The position numbers were made by a program, and so were the translations under genes. A stretch of DNA of 64,000 nucleotides from Chitinophagales bacterium (lineage in GTDB: Bacteria; Bacteroidota; Bacteroidia; Chitinophagales; UBA8649): assembly GCA_049610685.1 (NCBI GenBank), contig JBMYZU010000007.1, positions 10,954 to 74,953 on the forward strand, given 5' to 3'. Of this stretch, positions 48,137 through 59,005 are shown piece by piece. Each line of letters starts with the position of its first letter. Positions within the stretch are counted from its first letter, which is position 1. The notes beneath the pieces were generated by a model. The model saw only the letters and a list, made by a program, of their open reading frames with translations. It was not told where the DNA came from and did not search any database.

Positions 48137-48139
48137 TGC

Positions 48140-49279
48140 TCAGGGGTTTTTACGCAGGTATTCATCTAAAGCAGATTGATAGGCCTTTGCAACCACTTTA
48201 TGCTCCTCGTAATTCTTTGACAAAATATGTTTATGTTGATCACGTGGCAGGTTGAAATTGGCGGGATCAGCACAGAAAAAATAATATTCATGGGGTTGGG
48301 CATTAAGCACTGCATCGATTGTTTCCTTTGATGGTAGGCAAATAGGAGCAGAAGGAAGTCCTTTTGTTTTATAAGTATTAAAGGGACAATCACATTGTAT
48401 TTCTTTCTTTGTCACCCTTCGTAAGTATAGTTCTCCTACAGCAAACTTACTGGTTGGATCGGCTTGAAGATAGCCGGCAGATTCATTAGGACCTGCGATT
48501 CGATTGATATACACCATGGCTAGATCACCCTTTTCCTCAGAATAGTTGGTTTCCTTTTCGACAATGGAGGCAATAATTATGATATCCTGAGGAGAAAGAC
48601 CAAGTCTCTCAAGATTTGCTATTCTAGATTCTGTATTCCACCAAATTGCCTGCTCATCCAATAAACGTCGGTAAACATTTTCTGCGGTAGCCGTGCGCTC
48701 AAAGGAATAGGTATTAGGAATGATTGACTCAAAGAAGTTGGGTAAGTCCTTGTCCACCTCTTCTATACAAGTGTATGCGCAGTTACTAGATAATGATGAA
48801 TTAGGCTTGTAAGATGAAAAATATCCCAATAGATCATTAACAAACTGGATTTTCTCGTCTCCCGCCAAGTTTAACTGATGAGCAATTGATGCCGAAACAT
48901 CCTCTGGCCTCCACTTTCCCTCAGGTACCGTCACAGAGACCACATTGGTTTGGAATTTTCCTTGACGCAATACATTTAATACATCATTATTATTCATCGA
49001 AGGATCAATCGAATAATACCCGGGAAACACTTCTTTAATCTTTTTATGCTCAGCTAGCCATCGCATACCCTTTGTGTGCTTGACAAATCCCTCTTCAGAC
49101 AGTAAATCTGTCGCATCTTCAATGGACATCTTTTCATCAAGAATAAAAACATCATCTTTTACAATGTTCGTTCCACCCCAGACGATAAAGGCAAAGTAGG
49201 CTAACGCTACTGCCAGCAAAAGAAAGATAATGCCCAAAGGCAAGACCATTTTACGCCATGCAGAAGGATTCTTAGCCAT
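48140..49279 (-). CDS. mltG: Endolytic transglycosylase MltG
   Basis: N-terminal TM helix, VPEG, IASIVEKET, VYINR, LQADPT, FNTY...GLP..PI, YFFCA. Confidence 0.93.
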   Translation of the reverse strand: MAKNPSAWRKMVLPLGIIFLLLAVALAYFAFIVWGGTNIVKDDVFILDEKMSIEDATDLLSEEGFVKHTKGMRWLAEHKKIKEVFPGYYSIDPSMNNNDVLNVLRQGKFQTNVVSVTVPEGKWRPEDVSASIAHQLNLAGDEKIQFVNDLLGYFSSYKPNSSLSSNCAYTCIEEVDKDLPNFFESIIPNTYSFERTATAENVYRRLLDEQAIWWNTESRIANLERLGLSPQDIIIIASIVEKETNYSEEKGDLAMVYINRIAGPNESAGYLQADPTSKFAVGELYLRRVTKKEIQCDCPFNTYKTKGLPSAPICLPSKETIDAVLNAQPHEYYFFCADPANFNLPRDQHKHILSKNYEEHKVVAKAYQSALDEYLRKNP

Positions 49280-49697
49280 TGTTTATTGTTGAGTCCGTTA
49301 TTAATCGATCTGACCACGTAGCATCAGGAAGAAAACATTCTGTTCGAGCACCAAAAACACGAATTCTATTTCGAGCAACCAAACGATAGACCGCATCGCG
49401 TAGGATTGATGGCAACAGCCAACCCAATCCCAGCAAGGGGGATAAGCCATTTAGACCACAAAGAATGGAGAGCGCAGCATTTGATTCTTTTTGTATACCC
49501 CTAGGAGTGATCAAAAGAATTGTAGTTAAATCCACGGGGTCCTTGTAACCTGCCTCTTTAAGCAAATCATTGGCTTTGTTTGACTGAATAGGGCAAAAGC
49601 GAAAGAACATACCATCATCATGACGAAGCACATACTGCACAAACCTTGAGCAAAGCATGCAGTGTCCATCATATAAAATGATACTTTCTTTCACCAT
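49272..49697 (-). CDS. DCC family thiol-disulfide oxidoreductase (YuxK-like)
   Basis: YDGHCMLC, RD.VYRLVARNR...FG...C. Confidence 0.9.
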   Translation of the reverse strand: MVKESIILYDGHCMLCSRFVQYVLRHDDGMFFRFCPIQSNKANDLLKEAGYKDPVDLTTILLITPRGIQKESNAALSILCGLNGLSPLLGLGWLLPSILRDAVYRLVARNRIRVFGARTECFLPDATWSDRLITDSTINNG

Positions 49698-49707
49698 CAG
49701 CGCTTCG

Positions 49708-52011
49708 TTAAGGTTTGATAAATTGAATACAATGCCCCACTTTACGATTACTGTTCTGCTGAATCATCAAGAGATAGGTTCCACTTGACAACTCCTGTAG
49801 ATTAATACCACTTTCAGCTACACTACCCTCCTGAATAAGACGGCCCACTCTATCAATGATCTTGTATTGATAAGACGCTTCATCTATCCGTTCCAAACCC
49901 CGGATAAAAATGGTTTCTGACGCTGGATTTGGAAAGACAGAAAGCGTCCATTGACTAGTTACATCGTCTACACTACTAGGTATAGAATCTGCCTCATCGT
50001 TCAGAACAAGACGAATCATCGGGCTACCCACAGTATTTATCGAAGAGGCCTCCCATCGATTCGATAAATTGACAAACATGTTGTTTCTCCCTTTAGAGCT
50101 GTTTACATCAAAACCCAATTGTATGTTTCGGTTATCCACTTGAGACCACCCCGCATACATTGTCCGCGTAAAGGGAATTAAAGAATCCAATGAAAAGGTT
50201 GCAAAGCCATTTAAGGTATCCAGATAAGTTGGCCTAACATTCGTAAGTGCATAGACTACGTTTTCATAGGGATTCGATGTGTATTGTTCGAGAGAATCCC
50301 ATAAATAAATAGAGAATACCATATCACTTACCTCCACATCGGTATGACTAAAATGAAAACGAAGTCCCGAAATTGAATCATCAATGATTGGGTCAAATCG
50401 ATAAGCAAACTTCTTTACTTGATCCCCCCCTTCGACACCATAGGAACGCTCAGCAGATCCATCGTCATAGGCCAACTCTTTGCTGAAGGGAAAGAATCCA
50501 CGCAAGGTATCATTACCCAAAATGTCATTTTGGCTTGAAGGACTTACGATAATAGAGGCATCCCACTGAGCTGTATCACCGGATACAGGAGACATAGGAA
50601 TAGTAAAATCATCATTGGGGTAGATTTCTCGGTAGCGAATAACACTGGTAGGGTTAAAGTTTTGTCCTGTTAAGGCATAGATTGTATCACCTGTTGCATT
50701 TTCTATGGTATACGCCTCTAAAGGCATGGCACCTGCCGTAATTCCACCGAGTTGCCCGTTATCACGAATCGGAATAGACAAGGTGTCCTCCAAACTAGGA
50801 TTGGCCAAGAAATGCTGCCATGGCATCCGGGAGTACTTTGTAAAAATATTGGGATACGGTTCAATAAAGGCAACATCCTGAATCAAGGTATCCGAGGAAT
50901 TAGGATTCCTGGAATGATCTAAACGGATATAATCAATATGCCAATGATCGTTATTCCCCGCCAACGTAGCGTAGTTTTTAAATCGAAACTTAAAGCCATT
51001 GTAGAAGTACCTCGGGCCAGCTAACAAATTGGTATCCCTTACTTCAATGTAAACTTGAGAGAAAGGAGGCACGTCAGCAGAATCAATGCCAGGACTGCTC
51101 CACACATTAACCCACTGGCCTGTTGCTTCATTCAGAAACTCTACCACTAATGAATCTTCGGCATCTGGAAAATTTCCACGACCTGTAGGCTGATAAAAGA
51201 AACTCAGGTAAACACTGGAATCATTGCTCAATCCCTCTAGATTGATCGGCGAGGATGTCAAATAATCAGCCACTCCATAGGCTTCTGTATTGCTTTTATC
51301 ATAAGGCATACCCGAAGCACTAAGCCCATCCAATGTGGCGCACCCTATGCTGGGAGGGAAAATTGGATAGGTTGCGTTGATATAGGCCCCATTATTTTGC
51401 CACACAACCGAAGAGGTATAGCGCTCAACCACTAGGGATGTTAGTGATAGTGTAGTATCCCCCACAACAAGAGAAGAATCTAGAATTACACCCAGTGAGT
51501 CATAGGTATAGCGATAATATTCAGGCCATAAAAAGAGCGTATCCAAAGAAGCGAACTGACATCCAGCATTGTCCCACTGAATAATTGTTTGCGCTGGAAG
51601 CGCCATACTATCCAACTGACCTGTAACCAAATCATAAGAATAAGACCACGCAGTATCCCTGAGCATCGATTCAAAAGACAACTCAATACCTGGCAAGCTG
51701 TACAAGCAATCACCGGTCACTTGTAGCAAGGTATCCGAAGTAATGGGGAAAGACCGTGCCGTCGACCGATCCCTTGAGAAGTCATCGACAAAGGGAAGGC
51801 TAACGGTATCAAGAAGATAAAGCACGGGAAGTCCTATATCAGTAGTCGAGGATTTCACCTCATCACCCTCCTCATATCCCACATCCGTGGAATTATCACT
51901 ATTTAAACTTTCCCGTTGTGAGTTTGCTGAATAAAACCCGACAAATGAGAATAGGAAAACAAGGATTCCTTGTACGATAATCTGGTAGCTAGAACTAGAA
52001 CGTATTGGCAT
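49708..52011 (-). CDS. T9SS type A sorting domain protein (conserved, PASTA-gene-linked)
   Basis: LPFVDDFS, ATLDGL, D.LTS.PI, DHWHIDY, AYDDGSAE; C-terminal VFPNPA...LSSGTY. Confidence 0.8.
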   Translation of the reverse strand: MPIRSSSSYQIIVQGILVFLFSFVGFYSANSQRESLNSDNSTDVGYEEGDEVKSSTTDIGLPVLYLLDTVSLPFVDDFSRDRSTARSFPITSDTLLQVTGDCLYSLPGIELSFESMLRDTAWSYSYDLVTGQLDSMALPAQTIIQWDNAGCQFASLDTLFLWPEYYRYTYDSLGVILDSSLVVGDTTLSLTSLVVERYTSSVVWQNNGAYINATYPIFPPSIGCATLDGLSASGMPYDKSNTEAYGVADYLTSSPINLEGLSNDSSVYLSFFYQPTGRGNFPDAEDSLVVEFLNEATGQWVNVWSSPGIDSADVPPFSQVYIEVRDTNLLAGPRYFYNGFKFRFKNYATLAGNNDHWHIDYIRLDHSRNPNSSDTLIQDVAFIEPYPNIFTKYSRMPWQHFLANPSLEDTLSIPIRDNGQLGGITAGAMPLEAYTIENATGDTIYALTGQNFNPTSVIRYREIYPNDDFTIPMSPVSGDTAQWDASIIVSPSSQNDILGNDTLRGFFPFSKELAYDDGSAERSYGVEGGDQVKKFAYRFDPIIDDSISGLRFHFSHTDVEVSDMVFSIYLWDSLEQYTSNPYENVVYALTNVRPTYLDTLNGFATFSLDSLIPFTRTMYAGWSQVDNRNIQLGFDVNSSKGRNNMFVNLSNRWEASSINTVGSPMIRLVLNDEADSIPSSVDDVTSQWTLSVFPNPASETIFIRGLERIDEASYQYKIIDRVGRLIQEGSVAESGINLQELSSGTYLLMIQQNSNRKVGHCIQFIKP

Positions 52012-52984
52012 TGTTATTCAAATTTGCATAACGACGATAACCTTTTTGCGCAAGTATCTGGATATCTTGAGGCGTCATAGTTGCATTAAGATAGATTCTA
52101 AAATCACTATTGGCTTGTACTTCTTGAGCCTTAGATGCATCTACTAAAGAGCCCTTATTGAAATGACTCTGGAATACGACAATGTAGTCATCAATGGCGT
52201 AATATTCATTGGCTGAAATCAGGCCATTGTTAAACAAGGAATCAATCTCCTCACCATATTCCAAAGGCTTCTCAAACCCACTTAGTTCAACATAAACCCT
52301 AAGACGAACGCCACAGTTTTCTTCTGTTATTCTGCTTGACCATTGATTATAGACGTCCATAGCTGCACTAAAGGGTAACTCAATAAGCTGCGGTGCATTG
52401 TAAAAACGATAGAGCGGCTTTTCAACCACAATTTGAATTGTATCGGTTAACGGAATATTTTGCGGGCCCTCAATACGCTTATTTTTGTGTCGAAGTTCAA
52501 GAACTTTCGGTGCAGACCCTGGAGTAATACAAGCCGGCTGAAACAACGTATCAATCGGAAACATCTGTAGCGAATAATAATCGGATACTCTTTGAAGCGT
52601 CTTTTCCATATGATCAAAATCCCCAAAATCCACTTCACGAATCGGCACCGATGCCGTAGTAATATTTACGTAGATTTTCCTGTTACGCTTAACCCTAGAA
52701 CCAGGACTTGGATTCTGCTTGATAATTACCCCTTTAGGGTAGCTTGGATCATACACAGAGTCTACCACGACAAATTGCAAACCTTGAAGCGATCCAGCCA
52801 TTATAGCCTCTTCAAGCTTGGCATTTTCATAGTTTGATACTACATACTCGTCACCGTGTGCTGTTGATTCATATAAGGCATGATGGGACTTCTTCAAAAA
52901 GAAATAAAATACAACCGCTGCAATTAAAATGTTGACTAAAACCAAGAGCAGCCGTGTCGATAGAATAAGGCCTCTATATTTCAT
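51995..52984 (-). CDS. PASTA-domain protein
   Basis: TM helix, T.HG, VVDSVY....PKGVIIKQNP.PG.RVK.NRKIY. Confidence 0.8.
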   Translation of the reverse strand: MKYRGLILSTRLLLVLVNILIAAVVFYFFLKKSHHALYESTAHGDEYVVSNYENAKLEEAIMAGSLQGLQFVVVDSVYDPSYPKGVIIKQNPSPGSRVKRNRKIYVNITTASVPIREVDFGDFDHMEKTLQRVSDYYSLQMFPIDTLFQPACITPGSAPKVLELRHKNKRIEGPQNIPLTDTIQIVVEKPLYRFYNAPQLIELPFSAAMDVYNQWSSRITEENCGVRLRVYVELSGFEKPLEYGEEIDSLFNNGLISANEYYAIDDYIVVFQSHFNKGSLVDASKAQEVQANSDFRIYLNATMTPQDIQILAQKGYRRYANLNNNANTF

Positions 52985-53994
52985 ATCGTATTAGATTTTT
53001 CAGCTCTATGGTTGTGTAATGTTGCATCGATCATATGATTTGATAGCTGCTGCAATGACCAACCATAGGCCTTACATTGCTGAGGGATGATACTTGCTGC
53101 GGACATGCCGGGAATCGTATTGATCTCTATCAAAAATACATCCTCTTTTGTTACAAAGAAATCGATTCGAACGATGCCTTGTAGTGAGAAGGCATCGTAT
53201 AGTTTTTTTGCTCGATCATGTAAAATGATTTTCACCTCATCATCAATGTTTGCAGGAGTAATCTCTTGGGATTTACCCTCGTATTTTGCTTCGTAATCAA
53301 AAAACGCTCCATCCGGAATAATCTCTGTTATGGGAAAAACATGTAAATCATCATTAAGCTGGATGAGTCCTATGGCAACTTCTCGCCCAACAATAAATTC
53401 CTCCACAAGTATCTTATCAGAATATTTCCCTGCATCACGAAGCGCTACACTTAAGGCATCCTTGCTGTCTACTTTATGCACTCCGTAGCTCGAACCACTT
53501 TCGTTGGGCTTCACAATAACAGGAAAATCAAGCGTACAATGAAAGGAACTTATCTCCTGTCGATTCAATGACTGTCCCCTTGCGCAGCGTACACCGATTG
53601 ACTGAGCAATTACTTTGGTAAGCTGTTTATCAAAGGTTAGGCACGACGTTTTCATTGAGCAACATGAATAGGCTATACCTTGGGACTCAAGAAGAGATTG
53701 TAGTTGACCATTTTCAGCAGGAGCGCCGTGAATAAGCACTAAAGCCAATTCAAAATCATAGGGATGATCATCACCTTCACCAAGGCCGCGTAAGTCATGC
53801 AAAGGACGTTCAATGAGCACCGCATCATCTTCGCCAATAATCTTCCAGGTATTGTCCTTGGTGAGCTCTACTAAAAAGGGACTGTATCGCATACGATCAA
53901 TCGCTCCAAAGAGATTTCGAGCGCTTGCTGCAGAAATAGCACCTTCTTCTGAAACTCCTCCAAAAAGGATGGCGATTGGCTTAGACGTAGACAT
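52981..53994 (-). CDS. ddl: D-alanine--D-alanine ligase
   Basis: FGGVSEE..IS..SA, IHG..AENG, VKPNESGSSYG, FFDYEAKY, EINTIPGM. Confidence 0.95.
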   Translation of the reverse strand: MSTSKPIAILFGGVSEEGAISAASARNLFGAIDRMRYSPFLVELTKDNTWKIIGEDDAVLIERPLHDLRGLGEGDDHPYDFELALVLIHGAPAENGQLQSLLESQGIAYSCCSMKTSCLTFDKQLTKVIAQSIGVRCARGQSLNRQEISSFHCTLDFPVIVKPNESGSSYGVHKVDSKDALSVALRDAGKYSDKILVEEFIVGREVAIGLIQLNDDLHVFPITEIIPDGAFFDYEAKYEGKSQEITPANIDDEVKIILHDRAKKLYDAFSLQGIVRIDFFVTKEDVFLIEINTIPGMSAASIIPQQCKAYGWSLQQLSNHMIDATLHNHRAEKSNTI

Positions 53995-54070
53995 TGAGTA
54001 GAAAGATAACAAGGTCTCAACGTAATCAAGCATAATCAAGTACTTTCGCCATCAGAAATTATCGACATTT

Positions 54071-55057
54071 ATGCGTTCGTATCCAACATTAGAGGCACTT
54101 TTACAAGTAAAGAAGGAATTTACCCGCAGTGTAGAGCTTGAAGATGTGCCGTATTACAAGGCTTCTCAAGAAAATGCATGGTTTACAAAGCCTCAGATTC
54201 ATCATAGAATTCAATGCATAAACGACGGACTCCTGCAAGAATCCACGATGAAGACTTTTTTAGCCTCTTGCGAGGACAGCACCCAGAGTAAAATCATTGC
54301 GCTGATTCCGTCAGGAAATATTCCGCTTAGTTTCGCTAGCGATCTTATCTGTATCCTTCTCGCAGGGCATAACGCCTTGGTTAAACCCTCGAGTAAAGAC
54401 AGTGTATTAACGGCATATTTTATTGAGCTCATCAATAGGCATCTCCCGAATCGAGTGTTACTAACGTCCAATCAAATTTCTGACTTTGACGCCTCTATTG
54501 CCACGGGAAGCGACCAAGCGCAACCATATTTCACCCAATATTTTGGTAAGAAGCCCCATGTATTCCGTCGTAACCGACGAAGCATAGGGATTTTACGCGG
54601 TGACGAAAACACCACTGACTTTGAAAAGCTTGCTGAAGATATCTTGCGGTATCACGGCATGGGCTGCCGAAATATCCACCACCTTATCGTACCCAAAGAA
54701 TTCGTGTTAGATCCCATTTTTGAAGCTTGCTCAAACCTATACCCTGAACTTAGTGAACACCTCTGGAAAGAAAACCACCAATACAGGTATACGATTAGCT
54801 TAATGAACAAAGAAGTATCTTTTAGTGATGGCTGGTTAACACTTCGCGAAGCCGATGACTTGAATCCACCACTAACTTGCGTTAATGTAACACGATGGAC
54901 TACGGAAGACGATATAAATGGTTTTCTAGAGCAACACAAAAATTCCCTTCAAACAGTCGTTTCAAAAAAGCTAGGAAATCTAGGACAAGCACAAAATCCA
55001 AGCCTTTTGGAGTATGCCGATGGTGTTGATCTCGCGGAATTCCTAAGCAGTCTTTAG
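54071..55057 (+). CDS. LuxC-like acyl-CoA reductase
   Basis: NAWFT, GNIPL, KPSSKD, IATGSD, R.NR.S, D...Y.G.GCRN, GQAQ.P.L..YADGVD. Confidence 0.87.
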   Translation: MRSYPTLEALLQVKKEFTRSVELEDVPYYKASQENAWFTKPQIHHRIQCINDGLLQESTMKTFLASCEDSTQSKIIALIPSGNIPLSFASDLICILLAGHNALVKPSSKDSVLTAYFIELINRHLPNRVLLTSNQISDFDASIATGSDQAQPYFTQYFGKKPHVFRRNRRSIGILRGDENTTDFEKLAEDILRYHGMGCRNIHHLIVPKEFVLDPIFEACSNLYPELSEHLWKENHQYRYTISLMNKEVSFSDGWLTLREADDLNPPLTCVNVTRWTTEDDINGFLEQHKNSLQTVVSKKLGNLGQAQNPSLLEYADGVDLAEFLSSL

Positions 55058-56205
55058 GCGGAAACCGAATTTCGTTGATACCGAGCTTTTAGTGACTTGA
55101 GGGCTTCTACCAGGTGCTGCACATCATCCAGTGTATTGGAATAGGCAATAGAAAATCGGATCGCTTTTCGAGTATTGTCATGTCCTATTGCCTGCAGAAC
55201 ATGGGAGTCCATTGCCGCACCTGACGAACAGGCACTACCTCCACTTACATAAATGCCCGCCATGTCAAGTTCAAAAAGAAATTGTTCTTTGGGTACATGG
55301 GCAGGGAAAGAAACATTTAGCACACTGTAAAGACATGAAGTTGGATGACCATTTTGATATACATCAGGAAAAACTTCCTGAATGCCCTTCCATAGGACTT
55401 CTTTTAGGTGCAATGCGTGTTGTTTGTGATGATCTTCCTTGGCATTAGAAAGTTGTAAGGCCAATGCCATAGCATCAATTCCATGAACGTTTTCTGTGCC
55501 TGACCGGTAATCATACTCTTGCCCTCCACCGAGTATCCAAGGTTTTAATTTTTGATTTTCATTGATGTACACAAAACCCACTCCTTTCGGTCCATGAAAT
55601 TTATGCGCCGAAGCAGAACAAAAGTCCATATGGTAGTCTCGGGGACAAAAAGCATAATGACCAATTGTTTGAACGGTATCACTGAAAAATAATGCGTTGT
55701 GTATTTGGCACAATTCACCAATTTCTTTGACAGGCTGCAATGTTCCTAGCTCATTGTTAGCATGCATTATGGCTACCAAGGTTGGATGGTCCGTTTTAGC
55801 TAGAGCTTTTTCGAGCGCTATACAGGATATCACACCCTGGTCATCATTCTCGAGATACGTCACCTCTGCCCCTAGACCATGCACGTATTCTATAGCCCTT
55901 GCCACGCATTTGTGTTCAATTTTCGATGTAATGACATGGCGAACTCCTAAATGAGCTACTGCATGCTTGATGACCCAGTTGTTTGCTTCCGTTCCCGAAG
56001 CGGTAAATACAATCTCTTTTGCTTTTACCGCTAATTCCTTGGCAATACTTCGTCGAGCATTTTCAATGAGGGCCTTGGCCTTTCTACCCCCGGAATGACT
56101 TGAAGATGGATTGCCAAAGCATTCCTTATGCGTTGCAGACAAGCGGCTAGAAACCTCGGGATAGAGGTGGGTTGTTGCAGCATGATCGAAATAAACAGTC
56201 CTCAT
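55054..56205 (-). CDS. iscS: Cysteine desulfurase (IscS/NifS)
   Basis: YFDHAATT, GNPSS.H, SAHKFHGPKG, RSGTEN, SGGSACSSG. Confidence 0.93.
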   Translation of the reverse strand: MRTVYFDHAATTHLYPEVSSRLSATHKECFGNPSSSHSGGRKAKALIENARRSIAKELAVKAKEIVFTASGTEANNWVIKHAVAHLGVRHVITSKIEHKCVARAIEYVHGLGAEVTYLENDDQGVISCIALEKALAKTDHPTLVAIMHANNELGTLQPVKEIGELCQIHNALFFSDTVQTIGHYAFCPRDYHMDFCSASAHKFHGPKGVGFVYINENQKLKPWILGGGQEYDYRSGTENVHGIDAMALALQLSNAKEDHHKQHALHLKEVLWKGIQEVFPDVYQNGHPTSCLYSVLNVSFPAHVPKEQFLFELDMAGIYVSGGSACSSGAAMDSHVLQAIGHDNTRKAIRFSIAYSNTLDDVQHLVEALKSLKARYQRNSVSA

Positions 56206-56206
56206 A

Positions 56207-57601
56207 TCAAGCCACGTTTTGTCGTCGAATTTCCTCTATATCCTGCATTATCTGACGCCCAATATTCTCTGCTAGATTCTGACTATTCCCTTCGGAATAA
56301 ATCCTTAAAATAGGCTCTGTATTAGATGGGCGTATGAGAACCCAATCGTTATCAAACGTAATTTTGAGCCCGTCAAGCTCATCAATCACGTATTGCTTGT
56401 ATTTAAACTTCAGGGCCTGAACAATGGTATCAAATTGCAGAGAAGGATCTAAATCCATCTTCTGTTTGCTCATGATATATTTTGGATATCCCGCTGAAAG
56501 CGCAGATAAAGACTTTTTTTCTTGAGCAAGATGCGACAGAAAAAGTGCAATACCGACTAAGGCATCTCGACCATAATGACTTTCAGGATAGATTATTCCA
56601 CCATTGCCCTCTCCGCCGATAACCGCATCCACTTCTCTCATTTTCTGTACCACATTTACTTCCCCAACGGCTGCAGAATAATAGGTTTGGCCATGGCTCC
56701 GTGTCACTTCACCTAAGGCTCTCGATGAGGATATATTACTAACGGTTGAACCCGGTGTTTGACCTAAGACATAATCCGCAACCGCAACCAGTGTATATTC
56801 TTCTCCGAAGGGTTCACCATCTTCACGTACAAATGCTAGACGATCAACATCAGGATCCACAGCGATTCCAAGGTCTGCTTGTTCTCGCTTAACCACATTG
56901 GACAACTCCGTTAAATGTTCTGGAAGCGGTTCAGGATTATGGCTGAAATCACCCGTCATCTCTTCAAAAATTACACTGACTTTTTTAACACCTAGGGCAG
57001 TTAGCAACTTCGGAACAGCATGCGCCCCAATCGAGTTAATTCCATCGACTACGATTTTAAGATCTAAAGCACGAATACCCTTAGGGTTCACAAGATCCAA
57101 TGAAAGAATATGTTCAATATGCCGGTCCAGCGCCTCATCAAAGACCTCCACCTTACCGAGACCATCGACCGTTGCGTATTGAAAATCCGCCAAATCACTG
57201 AGCCTCAAAATTTCTTTGCCCGCTTCCTCGGATACGAAATCTCCATTTTCATCAAGCATTTTTAGGGCGTTCCAATGCTTTGGATTATGGCTTGCTGTCA
57301 GGATGATACCGCCTATTGCATTGCTAGATGACACCATGTAAGCGGTAGTGGGTGTGGTTGCAAGCCCTAAATCAATTACATCCAAACCCATGCCTTGCAA
57401 GGTTCGAATAACAAGTGAAGACACCATTTCTCCAGAGATTCGAGCATCTCGACCAACGACTATACTCCCTTTTCCATGTTGTGATAAAACGTATTGTGCA
57501 TAGCCCGAAGCGAATACCACAATGTCGTAAGGAGTGAGCCCCGTACCCAAGAATCCACCGATAGTCCCTCGAATTCCTGATATTCTTTTCATTAAAGCCA
57601 T
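56207..57601 (-). CDS. glmM: Phosphoglucosamine mutase (Bacteroidota type)
   Basis: ISGIRGTIGG, TASHNP, DPDVDR, GGEGNGG, RPSNTEP. Confidence 0.9.
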   Translation of the reverse strand: MALMKRISGIRGTIGGFLGTGLTPYDIVVFASGYAQYVLSQHGKGSIVVGRDARISGEMVSSLVIRTLQGMGLDVIDLGLATTPTTAYMVSSSNAIGGIILTASHNPKHWNALKMLDENGDFVSEEAGKEILRLSDLADFQYATVDGLGKVEVFDEALDRHIEHILSLDLVNPKGIRALDLKIVVDGINSIGAHAVPKLLTALGVKKVSVIFEEMTGDFSHNPEPLPEHLTELSNVVKREQADLGIAVDPDVDRLAFVREDGEPFGEEYTLVAVADYVLGQTPGSTVSNISSSRALGEVTRSHGQTYYSAAVGEVNVVQKMREVDAVIGGEGNGGIIYPESHYGRDALVGIALFLSHLAQEKKSLSALSAGYPKYIMSKQKMDLDPSLQFDTIVQALKFKYKQYVIDELDGLKITFDNDWVLIRPSNTEPILRIYSEGNSQNLAENIGRQIMQDIEEIRRQNVA

Positions 57602-57665
57602 AAACAAGGTTGTTCAGTAATTGAAGATATGTATCTTCCATCAATTAAACACGCTAAATCCCGCC

Positions 57666-58397
57666 ATGCCAATAAATTCTTGGTTTAAAGAATGGTTTGA
57701 TTCCGAAGACTATCATACGCTCTACAGCCACCGAAATCAGGAGGAAGCAGCTTCATTCATTAACAATCTTCACAACTTCTTAAACCGGCCCAGCATGCGA
57801 GTGCTCGATATGGCATGCGGTAAAGGAAGGCATGTACAAACCTTTGCACACCTCGGACACAAGGCGGTGGGCTTTGATTTATCCAAAAACAGTATTGATT
57901 ACGCCCGAAAAGAAAATGCCAATAACCTTTCATTTCATGTTCATGATATGCGAGAACCCTTTCCATTTGGACGCTTCGATTTGATTGCAAACCTCTTCAC
58001 AAGCTTGGGATATTTCAATACTATGGAAGAGAATATGCTTCCCATAAAACATGCTGCGAATTGCTTAGAAGGAGGTGGCTTGTTAGTTATTGACTTTATC
58101 AATGTATTTCCTGCAGTTGCCAAAATGAAAGCGGAAGAAGCCATTGACAAAGAGGGAGTTCGTTATCACATTGAACGGTCAGTACAAGATCGAGTGCTTG
58201 TCAAACGAATACGTTTTAAGCGAAATGATGAATGGCAAGAATATGAAGAGCGAGTCTTTGGATTAGTCAGAGAAGATTTCATGCAAGGCTTCAAGGACAA
58301 TAACTTCGTTTGCAAAGAGGTGTTTGGAGACTATTCACTCAACTATTTTGATAAACAGCGTTCTCCTCGATTGATCCTGATTGCTCAAAAACAATAA
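57666..58397 (+). CDS. Class I SAM-dependent methyltransferase
   Basis: WF..WFDS..YH.LY..R, LDMACGKGRH, HDMR, NLFTS.GYF, SPRLI. Confidence 0.88.
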   Translation: MPINSWFKEWFDSEDYHTLYSHRNQEEAASFINNLHNFLNRPSMRVLDMACGKGRHVQTFAHLGHKAVGFDLSKNSIDYARKENANNLSFHVHDMREPFPFGRFDLIANLFTSLGYFNTMEENMLPIKHAANCLEGGGLLVIDFINVFPAVAKMKAEEAIDKEGVRYHIERSVQDRVLVKRIRFKRNDEWQEYEERVFGLVREDFMQGFKDNNFVCKEVFGDYSLNYFDKQRSPRLILIAQKQ

Positions 58398-58403
58398 CTT
58401 CCT

Positions 58404-58952
58404 ATGGGAGCAGAATGGCTTCATCAGATACAATCATTAACTCCTGCATTTTTTGATGTATTGGCAACGGTCTTGCGCAATAAAACGACATGGATTCCCC
58501 TGTACATTCTTATTGGGATCTATCTTTTTGTGCGACAAGAAAAAAAAGTCGCCATAGCCTTCCTTGTCTGTTCAGCGCTAGCTGCAGGCCTTGGTGATAT
58601 CCTATCTTCTCATATCCTTAAACCATTTTTCGCACACCCGAGGCCATGTCAAGAGCCTCTCTTAGGATTCCAACTCCTTCTTGAGCATTGTCCAAAATCC
58701 TACAGCTTCCCATCATCTCATGCCACCAATCACATGGCACTGGCTATTTTTTGGATAGGAAGCCGTTGTTTTTCTAAAACACAGGCAATATTCTTTTTAA
58801 TCTGGGTCTTTGTCATAGTCTGGGCGCAGATGGTTGTCGGTGTTCACTATCCAATAGACATCGTGGCTGGGCTTCTCCTTGGAAGCCTTATCGGCTATAT
58901 GTTTTCAAGGGTCTACCGCGTTTTTGTTGAACGATTTTTACGCCGGACGTAA
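58404..58952 (+). CDS. PAP2 family membrane phosphatase
   Basis: K.....RP, SFPSSHA, GVHYP.D. Confidence 0.9.
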   Translation: MGAEWLHQIQSLTPAFFDVLATVLRNKTTWIPLYILIGIYLFVRQEKKVAIAFLVCSALAAGLGDILSSHILKPFFAHPRPCQEPLLGFQLLLEHCPKSYSFPSSHATNHMALAIFWIGSRCFSKTQAIFFLIWVFVIVWAQMVVGVHYPIDIVAGLLLGSLIGYMFSRVYRVFVERFLRRT

Positions 58953-59005
58953 CAAACAATGTTTGACAAAACCACCTTAACTTTCTAAGTACATAGCATA
59001 AAACC

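Noticed and set aside
54071-55057. Bioluminescence (luxC)
   Set aside because: Stand-alone LuxC-like reductases are common in Bacteroidota, and no luxAB/luxDE genes are here.
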